64,000 nt of DNA. It comes from Candidatus Latescibacterota bacterium (lineage in GTDB: Bacteria > Latescibacterota > UBA2968). The translations under genes and the position numbers were made by a program. The stretch is from assembly GCA_965207885.1 (NCBI GenBank), contig OZ242311.1, positions 3,072,001 to 3,136,000 on the forward strand, read 5' to 3'. The notes under the pieces are model-generated. The model did no database searches and was not told the origin of the DNA. It saw only the letters and a program-made list of their open reading frames with translations. Every line of letters starts with the position of its first letter. The first letter of the stretch is position 1. This document shows positions 1 through 8,995 of this stretch, piece by piece.

Positions 1-2288
1 GTAAGGGCGCGAGCCGCATCGTAAAGTGCTGCGCCTTCTCCGGGCAATTTGGCCGCCCACATCCAGTTGCCAGAACACTTGATGTCTTCGATGGCACTCA
101 GCCGCGCCCAGGCGATATTGGTGAGCATTTCGCCCACGCACAGGCGTCCCATCGCCGCAGGATCAATGAGACCTTTGATGGGTTGTTCGCCAATGGCGGT
201 GGCGGCGCCAGTTGTGCCAAAATGACTTTGTGCAATGACAGCGACGTCTGCTGCGGTTAGCTGGAGGGGCCCCACGCATTGCTGTTGCGCAACAAGCCCG
301 GTTACACAGCGGTCAACTTTGTTGGTGAGAAATCGTTTGGAACCTACGGAGACGAGGCGAAGCACGCGGTCGAGTGCTTTTTCAACGGTCAGATTTTCGG
401 GCAGGGTGAGCGGTTTAGTTCGGATGGGAAAGCGGTCGAGTTTGAAGGGCTTTTGCGGCATATCGCCAAGGACTTTTTCCAGGTCGAGGTCAACGGGCGT
501 GGTGTTGTCTTTGCTGTCGAAGACTACCACCCTCCCATCGCCGGTTACTTCGCCGACAAAAGCGTAAATGACCTTTTCGCGTTTGCAGAGGGCGTCGAAG
601 AGATGGGCGTGTTCGGGACGGATGAGCAGGGCATTGTTTTCCTGATATTCGGCACCCCAGATCTCGAGTACAGATAGTGTTTCATCTCCAACAGGCACGG
701 CGCGAATATCGATGCGGGCACCCGCAGGCTCAACGATTTCTTTGAGTACATTGCAGTTGCCACCTGCGCCCTGGTCGTGGATGCTGACAATGGGGTTTTG
801 ATCGCCGAGTTCGACACAGGCGCGGATCACGCGATTGAGTTTTTGTTCCATTTCTGCGTCGCCGCGTTGCACGGCATTGAAATCGAGTTCGGCTTCGTTT
901 TCGCCCTGCACCATGCTCGAGGCGGCACCGCCTCCCATGCCAATGCGATAGGCCGGCCCACCGATTTTGGTGACAAGCATTTGGGGTTCAGGCTTTTCTT
1001 TATTTGTATGGCGTGCGTCCATCTGACCGATTCCGCCGCTGAACATAATGGGTTTGATCCATTCTCTGCGTTCACCATTGGGCAGGCGCATACCATAGGA
1101 TCGCGTGTACCCCTGTATAAGAGGTTCGCCGAATTTGTTGCCGTAATCCGAGGCCCCATTACTGGCTTCAATTGCGATTTGCAAGGGGGTGGCGAGGTTA
1201 TCGGGATATTGAAATTTGGGATTTTCCCAGGGTAGATCGTATCCGGGAATATACAAATTGCCCACGCAATACGCCGCTGTACCCGCTATCACGAGCGCGC
1301 CGCGGCCCGTGGCCTGCACATCTCGGATGCGTCCGCCGGTACCTGTTTCTGCACCGGGAAAAGGGGCAACACCCGATGGAAAGTTGTGTGTTTCCGCGGT
1401 GAAGATGATGTCACAGGTGCGGTCTGAAAATGCAAATGGAGAGGGACTACCGATAGTGGTAGGCACAATAGTGCGTATCGGATACCCTCGGATGGCGCTG
1501 GAATTGTCTTTGAAGGCGATGGTGCTGTTGTTGGGGTTGGCTTTGAGTGTCGATTGGATCATGGCGATGAGGTGATCGGGCATCTCTTCGCCGTCGATGA
1601 TAAGACGACCTTTAAAAAACCAGTGCCTGCAATGTTCGCTGTTGGATTGGGCAATGTCAAAGCATTCGACATTGGTGGGGTTACGGCCGATCTGGTCGAG
1701 AAATAAATCAGTGTAATAATTGAGGTCCCATTCATCGAATGCCAGGCCCATGGTGCGATTGATTTTTTCGAGGGTGCGGCGGCCTTCTTCTATGAGGGGA
1801 ATCTCGGATACGGGTTCTGGTTTTGCGTCAGAGTCAAAGGAGGTGAGGGGGTGGGGATACAGGCATTCGGTCATGCGGTCGTGAACGAGAGACAAAAAGA
1901 TATTTTGCTGATCCAGGCTCAAGGCTGGCTCAATGAGGTAACGCCGCGACCGTTCGATGCGAGAAATTTGCGTGAGACCGCAGGCGTGGCATATTGCCGT
2001 GGCATTTGTGGACCAGGCCGTAGAAAAATTCATGCGTGGCCCCACTTCGATGATCGTGCCAGGTCCCGTAAGAAAGGATTGCTCTGCGAATTGATCTGCT
2101 TCAAAGGTTTCAGATAGCAGATAGATGAGCCGGTTTTGCTGGTCGGCAGAAAGCGGACTGTCCGCTTGTACGTTAAAACAGTATTCAGTTTCGATATTTT
2201 GAATGTGTGCAGAGACGTGTTGCTGTGACAATTGGAGCAGGGTGTGTTGCTGCGGGGGGGATGTGCGAAAGAAATGCTTCAGGCTCAT
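1..2288 (-). CDS. purL: Phosphoribosylformylglycinamidine synthase, large single-chain type (5' part; runs off the window start)
   Basis: Not in the ORF track because its stop lies outside the window. Manual translation from ATG 2288 (preceded by GAGGA) gives MSLKHFFRT...IETEYCFNV...EVGPRMNFSTAWSTNA...RIERSRRY, and later SEHCRHWFF, which are FGAM synthase motifs. Confidence 0.93.
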   Translation of the reverse strand, partial: MSLKHFFRTSPPQQHTLLQLSQQHVSAHIQNIETEYCFNVQADSPLSADQQNRLIYLLSETFEADQFAEQSFLTGPGTIIEVGPRMNFSTAWSTNATAICHACGLTQISRIERSRRYLIEPALSLDQQNIFLSLVHDRMTECLYPHPLTSFDSDAKPEPVSEIPLIEEGRRTLEKINRTMGLAFDEWDLNYYTDLFLDQIGRNPTNVECFDIAQSNSEHCRHWFFKGRLIIDGEEMPDHLIAMIQSTLKANPNNSTIAFKDNSSAIRGYPIRTIVPTTIGSPSPFAFSDRTCDIIFTAETHNFPSGVAPFPGAETGTGGRIRDVQATGRGALVIAGTAAYCVGNLYIPGYDLPWENPKFQYPDNLATPLQIAIEASNGASDYGNKFGEPLIQGYTRSYGMRLPNGERREWIKPIMFSGGIGQMDARHTNKEKPEPQMLVTKIGGPAYRIGMGGGAASSMVQGENEAELDFNAVQRGDAEMEQKLNRVIRACVELGDQNPIVSIHDQGAGGNCNVLKEIVEPAGARIDIRAVPVGDETLSVLEIWGAEYQENNALLIRPEHAHLFDALCKREKVIYAFVGEVTGDGRVVVFDSKDNTTPVDLDLEKVLGDMPQKPFKLDRFPIRTKPLTLPENLTVEKALDRVLRLVSVGSKRFLTNKVDRCVTGLVAQQQCVGPLQLTAADVAVIAQSHFGTTGAATAIGEQPIKGLIDPAAMGRLCVGEMLTNIAWARLSAIEDIKCSGNWMWAAKLPGEGAALYDAARAL

Positions 2289-2295
2289 GGAGTCC

Positions 2296-2850
2296 TCAGT
2301 AAATAAAATTGTTGTCCGCCTCTTTGAGTGGGGGGAGGCTTTGATCGCGCCTGGAAAGAATTGGATTTTTTATGGGCCAGGAAATATCTAAGTCGGGATC
2401 ATCCCAAGAAATACCGCGATAGGTCTCTGGCGCGTAAATATCTGTACATTTATATGTGAAGTCCGCCACCTCGCTGAGAACGCAAAATCCGTGTGCAAAG
2501 CCGGGGGGGATATAAAGGAGTTCGGATCGCGCTTCGGAAAGATGAATGCCGATCGACTGGCCATAAGTGGGGGATCCCCGACGAATATCGACGGCAACAT
2601 CGTATATTTCGCCTTTGAACACCTGGATGAGTTTGCCCTGTGCGCGGGGGGCTTTTTGGTAGTGCAATCCGCGCAGCACGCCGCGGGTAGAGCGAGAGTG
2701 GTTATCCTGAGCGAAAGTTTCTAAGATGCCATTAGCCGCGAAATCGTCTCGTTTGTACGTTTCAACAAAAAAACCGCGATCATCGGAAAATCGTTTTGCG
2801 CGAACGAGGATGACGTCGGGGATGTCGAGGTGCTCAAATTCAAAGGGCAT
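2296..2850 (-). CDS. rfbC: dTDP-4-dehydrorhamnose 3,5-epimerase
   Basis: DDRGFF, QDNHSRS..GVLRGLHYQ and GFAHGF motifs; likely start MPFEF at 2850. Confidence 0.93.
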   Translation of the reverse strand: MPFEFEHLDIPDVILVRAKRFSDDRGFFVETYKRDDFAANGILETFAQDNHSRSTRGVLRGLHYQKAPRAQGKLIQVFKGEIYDVAVDIRRGSPTYGQSIGIHLSEARSELLYIPPGFAHGFCVLSEVADFTYKCTDIYAPETYRGISWDDPDLDISWPIKNPILSRRDQSLPPLKEADNNFIY

Positions 2851-2965
2851 GATGAAGTGTGAAGGATGAAGTGTGCAACGGTGGTACAACTGGTCGCAGT
2901 ATAGGCCAGTTCACGATAGACAGACGGAGCTTATCTCCACCAGTCTCCAGCCCAGCCCCTCGTCT

Positions 2966-4324
2966 TTACAAGATATCATCCACAAGCTGCGGGGCAAGCC
3001 CTATATAGGATTGAGGCGTTAGATTTTTCAGATTTTTGAGGTCTGCTTGTGGAAGGTCGAGAGTATTGAGAAAGTTGTCGAGATCGTCCTTTGTAATCTC
3101 TGTGCCCCGGGTGAGGTCTTTCATAAGCTCATAGGCGTTTTCATATCCGGCTTTTCGCATGACAGTTTGCACGGCTTCGCCGAGGATTTCCCAGGCGTTT
3201 TCGAGATCGCTGGCAATGGCCTGTTTGTCGATGGCGACCTTGCCCAGACCATTCAGGATGGATTTCAGGGCGAGACACGCATGACCGATGGCCGGGCCAA
3301 TATTGCGACTGGCTGAGGAATCGGACAGGTCGCGCTGAAGGCGCGAGACGGGTAATTTGGTCGATAGATGTTCGAGCAGGGCCGTGCTGATGCCCAGATT
3401 GGCTTCGGCATTTTCAAAGTCGATGGGATTGACTTTGTGGGGCATGGTCGAGGATCCGACTTCTGATGCGACTGTTTTCTGGCGGAAATAGGATAGGGAT
3501 ATATAGGTCCACATGTCGCGGGCAAAGTCGAGTGCGATAGTGTTGAATCGGATGATCAGGTGAAAGACTTCGGCCATATAATCGTGCGATTCAATCTGAG
3601 TGGTGAGGGGATTGAATGTGAGACCGAGACGCTGGACGAAATCGCGGGCGAGGTCGTGCCAGCACACTTCGGGATAAGCCGCGACATGCGCGTTGTAATT
3701 GCCGGTGGCGCCATTGAATTTGCCGAGGTATTCGAGCTGTGTGGCCTGTTTGATTTGCCGCTGCCAGCGATAGGCAAATACGGCGAGTTCTTTGCCCATT
3801 GTGGTCGGGGTGGCGGGTTGACCGTGTGTGCGCGCGAGTATAGGAAGGTTTTTAGTGTCTTGTGCGAGTTGTGAAGTAATATTTGTAACTTCTTGTGCCA
3901 GTGGAAGAAAGACGTCTTTGATAGCGGTTTTGATCATGAGCGCGTGGGCGAGATTGCTGATGTCTTCAGAGGTGCAGCAAAAATGCACGGCTTCACATAC
4001 GTCGGCGAGCGATGTTTCTTCAAGGCGTTCTCTGACATAGTATTCGACAGATTTAACATCGTGATTGGTGACCCTTTCAATTGCAACAACGCGCTGGGCC
4101 TGCTGTTCATCGAAAGTGTCTATCCATGACTTCAATATCTGGTGTTCAGCATCGGTGAATGTGCGGACGTGTGTGAGTGCGGGATGCTCTGATTGGAAGC
4201 GCAACCATTCGATTTCGATCTGTACGCGGTAGGCTATTAGCGCAAAATGCGAGAGACAGGGAACGAGGTCTGTCAAGCGGCTCGTGTAGCGATTGTCGAG
4301 GGGAGAGAGTGCGGTGAGAGTCAT
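2966..4324 (-). CDS. purB: Adenylosuccinate lyase
   Basis: LTALSPLD.RY N-terminus, TNHDVK, RTHGQPATPTT and GSSTMPHKVNPIDFEN signature; start MTLT at 4324. Confidence 0.96.
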   Translation of the reverse strand: MTLTALSPLDNRYTSRLTDLVPCLSHFALIAYRVQIEIEWLRFQSEHPALTHVRTFTDAEHQILKSWIDTFDEQQAQRVVAIERVTNHDVKSVEYYVRERLEETSLADVCEAVHFCCTSEDISNLAHALMIKTAIKDVFLPLAQEVTNITSQLAQDTKNLPILARTHGQPATPTTMGKELAVFAYRWQRQIKQATQLEYLGKFNGATGNYNAHVAAYPEVCWHDLARDFVQRLGLTFNPLTTQIESHDYMAEVFHLIIRFNTIALDFARDMWTYISLSYFRQKTVASEVGSSTMPHKVNPIDFENAEANLGISTALLEHLSTKLPVSRLQRDLSDSSASRNIGPAIGHACLALKSILNGLGKVAIDKQAIASDLENAWEILGEAVQTVMRKAGYENAYELMKDLTRGTEITKDDLDNFLNTLDLPQADLKNLKNLTPQSYIGLAPQLVDDIL

Positions 4325-4334
4325 GGGAATTCCT

Positions 4335-4529
4335 TTACTGATCTTCCGGGTCGCCGTATTCGAAGGGATCGTCATCATCGGGAAATTCAAAAACATATCC
4401 GCACGGGCATATCGGATGATCGGACTCGCGCGGTGTATTGCATTCGGGACAGCGTTCAACGGGTTTGTAGAGGTATTTCGCCAATATGACAATGATGAGG
4501 ACGGTGGCAAAAATGATGGAGTAGAACAT
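4335..4529 (-). CDS. Small membrane-anchored zinc-ribbon protein (64 aa)
   Basis: N-terminal hydrophobic helix, CPEC...CPCGY motif and acidic tail; ends 10 nt before the purB start. Confidence 0.7.
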   Translation of the reverse strand: MFYSIIFATVLIIVILAKYLYKPVERCPECNTPRESDHPICPCGYVFEFPDDDDPFEYGDPEDQ

Positions 4530-4530
4530 T

Positions 4531-4568
4531 GAAAAAAAATAACAGGCGGGAAGAATACCCGCCTGTTT
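4531..4568 (-). terminator. Rho-independent terminator
   Basis: Stem AACAGGCGGG/CCCGCCTGTT followed by a T-run on the minus strand. Confidence 0.8.
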
Positions 4569-4578
4569 GATTGTGTGT

Positions 4579-4755
4579 TCAGGTTGTGCCCATATCGCCT
4601 TCGCTCGTAACGGCTTTGACTGGTTTTTGTCGCGCGTTGGTGATGAGTTGGTCTATGCGTTCCTGAAGGGTTTTAATATCTTGTTCGAAATCGTCGAGTT
4701 CTTTGACGAGGTCATCGAAATCGAGCCTGATTGCGTTCGCCTTCCTCAAACCCAT
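4579..4755 (-). CDS. Small coiled-coil hypothetical protein (58 aa)
   Basis: AAAGGA RBS before ATG 4755; heptad pattern LDFDDLVKELDDFEQDIKTLQERIDQL; followed by a terminator. Confidence 0.6.
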   Translation of the reverse strand: MGLRKANAIRLDFDDLVKELDDFEQDIKTLQERIDQLITNARQKPVKAVTSEGDMGTT

Positions 4756-4847
4756 TAGATTTCCTTTCTGATACGGGATGGCATCAGGGAGAGGGGGAGG
4801 GGAGTCTGGGAAAGGGAATAGGAATATAGGACAAGCCGGGGCTGTCG

Positions 4848-5762
4848 TCAAGGGGGATTCGCCGACAGCGCGTCGATTTGATCTCTGGTGGGAATCGAAG
4901 GTTGAGCACCGGCTTTGCCAACGGTTAGAGCGCCTGCGGCGCACGCAAAGCGAATGGCGGTTTCGAGGGATTGGTTTTCGCTTAAAGCGCAGGATAGCGC
5001 GCCATTGAAGGCATCGCCGGCACCAGTGGTATCTATTGGTGTAGCTTTAAAAGCCGGTATGTGTAAAGTTTGATCTGGTGTCGCGAAAAACGCGCCCTGT
5101 GCTCCCAGGGTGATGATGGCGTTTTGAGCGCCTTTTTGGAGGAGTTTGTCGGCTGCCTTTGCGATATTTTGGGGGCTATTGGGAGAGATGCCTGTGAGGT
5201 ATTCGGTCTCGGTTTGATTGGGCGTAATGAGAAAAAGGTGAGGCCAGATTTCTTCTGGCAAGTCTGCCGCTGGCGCTGGATTGAGTACGACGCGGGTCTT
5301 GTTTTTTGTCGATAAAGATGCGGCATGGACGACGGTTTCAATCGGGATTTCGAGTTGAAGCAAGCATATTTCTGCGTCTTCATAGACCTGATCCTGGATT
5401 TGATCGGGTGACAGAGCTGCATTCGCGCCTGAAGCGACCACAATGCTATTTTCACCACGATCATCCACGAGGATAAATGCAACACCTGACGGTAAATGGG
5501 GATCAGATACAACCCATCGTGTGTCGATCCCTTCGCGTTGAAAGGCCGATAGAGCTTGCGCGCCAAAATCGTCACAGCCCATGCGCGCTATAAATGTGAC
5601 CTGTGCCCCTGCGCGGGCTGCGGCAACGGCCTGGTTGGCGCCTTTACCACCCGCAGCAGTAAAAAACGCGCCGCCGAGCACTGTTTCACCTGGCGATGGC
5701 AATTTATCGGCGCGAATAACCAGATCGGTATTGGAACTCCCGATGACGATGACGCGGGACAT
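4848..5762 (-). CDS. rbsK: Ribokinase (PfkB family)
   Basis: GSSNTDL, GGKGANQAVAAARAG and DTTGAGDAFNG motifs. Confidence 0.93.
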   Translation of the reverse strand: MSRVIVIGSSNTDLVIRADKLPSPGETVLGGAFFTAAGGKGANQAVAAARAGAQVTFIARMGCDDFGAQALSAFQREGIDTRWVVSDPHLPSGVAFILVDDRGENSIVVASGANAALSPDQIQDQVYEDAEICLLQLEIPIETVVHAASLSTKNKTRVVLNPAPAADLPEEIWPHLFLITPNQTETEYLTGISPNSPQNIAKAADKLLQKGAQNAIITLGAQGAFFATPDQTLHIPAFKATPIDTTGAGDAFNGALSCALSENQSLETAIRFACAAGALTVGKAGAQPSIPTRDQIDALSANPP

Positions 5763-6040
5763 GGAGGACCTCTCAGGTTTTTGTTTACGTACTTAAATAT
5801 TCATGCGATAATCTCTTGTGCAAGTCAAGAGGTCATGATTCCCAAGCTGGTATTCTTGACTTGACAGGTGGGTTTGCTTATTTTCTGAAAGTCTTATACT
5901 TTTTGGGAGTTTGAAATCAAGCGCGGAAAAAACGCGCCCTTTTTTGTTTTACAACTGGGGAACATTACAGAATCTGCATCGTTTATCAGACAGGACGACA
6001 TGTTACATAGTTCTTTTAAGATCATGCAGATTGGCGGATC

Positions 6041-6796
6041 ATGAAACGATTTTTACATATTTGTTGTGCGTGTCTGATCGCGTTGAGTGTGGGGTGTGCA
6101 CAAAAAAAATACAAGCGCTTGAGTCCAGAGGTTTATTACAAAGACGCGCAAGATGCACTGAAAAACAAGAAGTGCTACGACGCTGAGTTATTGTTTAGAA
6201 ATATGCTATCGGATTTTCCCGGATCTCATTTGTCAGATGAGGCGCAATTTGGGTTGGGCAAAGCTTTTCAGTGTCAAAAAGATTATGTGACGTCTATTTT
6301 TGAATACGAACGCCTGCTCAACGAATATCCCGTGAGTCCTTATGCCGCCGAAGCCCGGTTCCAGATTGGCGAGTGTTATTATCAGGATGCGCGCGATATT
6401 CACCACGATCAGGATGAAACGCACAAGGCAATTCGAGAATTTGCGCGGTTTATCGAAGACTATCCACAAAGCGATCTCGTCTCTCAGGCAGAGAATAGAA
6501 TTAACGCGTTGCGCAATCAACTGGCCCGTAAGGAAGTCATGATTGCATACGATTATATCCTGTGGAAATATTATTCCTCGGCCAAAGTCTATGCTGAAGG
6601 CGTGTTGAAGGAATATCCCGACACAGAGTCTGCTTTGGATGCGCGTTTTATCATTGCACAGGTCAATTTTAAGACTGGGGCACTCGACGAGGCACTCAAC
6701 GAGCTTACATTGTTGATAGGGCGGGATTTGCCCGAGAAGTTGAAGGAAAAAGTCATTGAAGAGATGGAAAAAGTAAAAAAAGCGCAGTCTAACTGA
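6041..6796 (+). CDS. bamD: Outer membrane protein assembly lipoprotein BamD
   Basis: Lipobox LSVGC; TPR-like YP.S repeats; RD..HDQ.ET.KA...F..FIE.YP.S pattern. Confidence 0.85.
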   Translation: MKRFLHICCACLIALSVGCAQKKYKRLSPEVYYKDAQDALKNKKCYDAELLFRNMLSDFPGSHLSDEAQFGLGKAFQCQKDYVTSIFEYERLLNEYPVSPYAAEARFQIGECYYQDARDIHHDQDETHKAIREFARFIEDYPQSDLVSQAENRINALRNQLARKEVMIAYDYILWKYYSSAKVYAEGVLKEYPDTESALDARFIIAQVNFKTGALDEALNELTLLIGRDLPEKLKEKVIEEMEKVKKAQSN

Positions 6797-6807
6797 AAAA
6801 CCTTAGG

Positions 6808-7395
6808 ATGACAAAGCGTGTTGGCATTTTCGGAGGGACATTTGATCCCATTCACATTGGGCATTTAATTATCGGGCAGGAAATTATGCTCCAATGCGCG
6901 CTCGATCGGGTTGTGTTTATGCCGTCGGGCGATCCACCGCTCAAATACACTATGACTTCGGCTGAAGATCGCGCGATGATGGTCAGCCTGGCCGTGCGCG
7001 ATTATCCGGGATTTGTACTGAGTCGGTTCGAGTTGTCGCGCTCAGGGAAATCCTATACGATTGATACCTTGCGTTATTTGCGCAGAAATATGGACGAAGA
7101 CACAGAGATATTCTTGATTATTGGTGCCGATAATGCCGTTGAAATGGGCGACTGGTTTGACCCCGAAGGCGTGTTGGATATGGCTCATGTACTCGTGGCT
7201 GAACGCCCGGGTTTTGAGCGAGAGCACGTTGATCCCGCTTTCAAATCCAGGATGCAGTTTGTTGAAACACCCCAGCTGGATATTTCGTCAACGGCGATTA
7301 GAGAACGCGTACGCACCGGAAGACCGATTTCTTTTTATGTTCCTGATGCTGTTGCAGATTATATTAGAACCCACGGGTTATATCTTCAGGAGTAG
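6808..7395 (+). CDS. nadD: Nicotinate-nucleotide adenylyltransferase
   Basis: GGTFDPIHIGH, SYTIDT, IIGAD and ISSTAIR motifs. Confidence 0.95.
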   Translation: MTKRVGIFGGTFDPIHIGHLIIGQEIMLQCALDRVVFMPSGDPPLKYTMTSAEDRAMMVSLAVRDYPGFVLSRFELSRSGKSYTIDTLRYLRRNMDEDTEIFLIIGADNAVEMGDWFDPEGVLDMAHVLVAERPGFEREHVDPAFKSRMQFVETPQLDISSTAIRERVRTGRPISFYVPDAVADYIRTHGLYLQE

Positions 7396-7405
7396 AGGGT
7401 TTGTT

Positions 7406-7657
7406 ATGAGCAACGAAAAACAAGAAGCCGAATGTCCCAGACTTGGGGGAATGCCCGAAGCTAGGATTCAGCGTTATTTCTGTGTGGATGATGACAAGTG
7501 TCACGCGCTGGCACTCGTATCAGAAGATGCCAAAATCCTATCAAAAGAAGCCAAAGAAATTGTTGTAAGAGGTGAGGTCGTCAAAGGGTGGATCGTGGAA
7601 TTGGAGGTGCCCGCTACAGATGGCGTGGTTCGCATGGACCTTGTGGCAAAGCCGTGA
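7406..7657 (+). CDS. Hypothetical protein (83 aa)
   Basis: GAGGG RBS before ATG 7406; fills the nadD-zapA gap in the same orientation. Confidence 0.6.
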   Translation: MSNEKQEAECPRLGGMPEARIQRYFCVDDDKCHALALVSEDAKILSKEAKEIVVRGEVVKGWIVELEVPATDGVVRMDLVAKP

Positions 7658-7724
7658 TTATAGTCGGGTAGGGAGTTGGGGGCTGATTGCTGGACGCACG
7701 GCATAACTTTAGTAAAGCTATATT

Positions 7725-8021
7725 ATGTCCCATTCTGATGATTTACATAAGACCAAGGTGACGATCTTTGGATCTGAATATGTACTCAGCAGTGAGGAGT
7801 CGGAGGAATATACCTCTAAAATTTCAAATTTTGTCGATCAAAAAATGAACCTGATTGCCGCCGTCGAAAATACAGGTGATACCGCTCGGATTGCACTGAT
7901 GGCGGCATTTGATATTGCCAATCAAATTGTGCGTCATCGCACTCGGCGTCGAGAAGACCGCATTCGCATAGATGAAGCTCTCAGGCGTTTGGAGCAGCAT
8001 ATAGATAGCGCAAAGAAGTGA
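7725..8021 (+). CDS. zapA: Cell division protein ZapA
   Basis: VTIFGSEY.L...V..KM..I...RIALMAAF.IA pattern followed by a coiled coil. Confidence 0.85.
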   Translation: MSHSDDLHKTKVTIFGSEYVLSSEESEEYTSKISNFVDQKMNLIAAVENTGDTARIALMAAFDIANQIVRHRTRRREDRIRIDEALRRLEQHIDSAKK

Positions 8022-8040
8022 GAGGGACCCCTCTCGTATC

Positions 8041-8733
8041 TCACCTCGTAAACCAATACTTAAAAATTGTAAATAAAATTTTCCACCCCGCCTTGAGGGT
8101 GCCTTTTAGAGTGCCAGTAATTTTGGAAATGCCGATGCGTTTTCTATAACTTACTGGCATTTCTTGTATTTTTAACGCCTGTTTTGCTGCTTTGACCTGC
8201 ATCTCTACTGTCCATCCAAAAGTTTTATCCCGCATATTTAAGTCTCTGAGTGCCCGATAGCGAATCGCCCGAAATGGTCCCAGGTCTGTATAGGATACAC
8301 CAAAGAGGATTTTGATGAGGCTGGTGGCCAAACGGTTGCCAAAACGCGCCTGAATCATCAGCGCACCGGGTTCACTATTGCCTAAAACGCGTGAGCCAAT
8401 CACGAGATCAGCACGGTTTTCCAGGATAGGCGCAATCAGGTCTGGCATTTCGTTGGGATGATCGCTGTAGTCGCCATCGAGAAAGACGACGATGTCCGGA
8501 TTATTGGTTGCTGCTATGCCAGCGAGGCAGGCAGAACCGTATCCACGGCGATTTTCTCGAACAATGCGTGCGCCCATTGCTGCGGCTAATTTTGCAGTTT
8601 GGTCGGTTGACCCATTATCGACGACGATGATTTCGGTGGGTAAATGACTGGGAATATCGCCAATTACTTTTTCTATAGCATCTTGCTCGTTAAAAACCGG
8701 AATAATAACTGAGATGCGTGGGGGGGCGGGCAT
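8041..8733 (-). CDS. Glycosyltransferase family 2 (DPM-synthase-like)
   Basis: SVIIPVFNE, VVDNGSTD, GYGSAC and FLDGD motifs. Confidence 0.9.
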   Translation of the reverse strand: MPAPPRISVIIPVFNEQDAIEKVIGDIPSHLPTEIIVVDNGSTDQTAKLAAAMGARIVRENRRGYGSACLAGIAATNNPDIVVFLDGDYSDHPNEMPDLIAPILENRADLVIGSRVLGNSEPGALMIQARFGNRLATSLIKILFGVSYTDLGPFRAIRYRALRDLNMRDKTFGWTVEMQVKAAKQALKIQEMPVSYRKRIGISKITGTLKGTLKAGWKILFTIFKYWFTR

Positions 8734-8995
8734 AGGCTATGTTCTCTTCAAAAGTGATTTATCCATTCACGTCTTTATGAAAGGGATAACTACCCATGTT
8801 GGCTGGAGAATATTTTTTCGTATTTTGACAGCATCCAAGATAAAGAGATATTCTGAACTTGTCAGATATTAATATCTCGGGAAGTCGGCTTTTCCCTTGA
8901 CCTTATTTTGGCTTTATCGTAATTTTTGAAAATTCATAGATACTTATAAGTTATTGGAATATTGCATTGTCTGGCAATCAATTACTGGAATTGAA

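Noticed and set aside
235-2117. Plus-strand ORFs at the window start
   Set aside because: They are shadows of the minus-strand purL, which the ORF track missed because its stop codon is outside the window.
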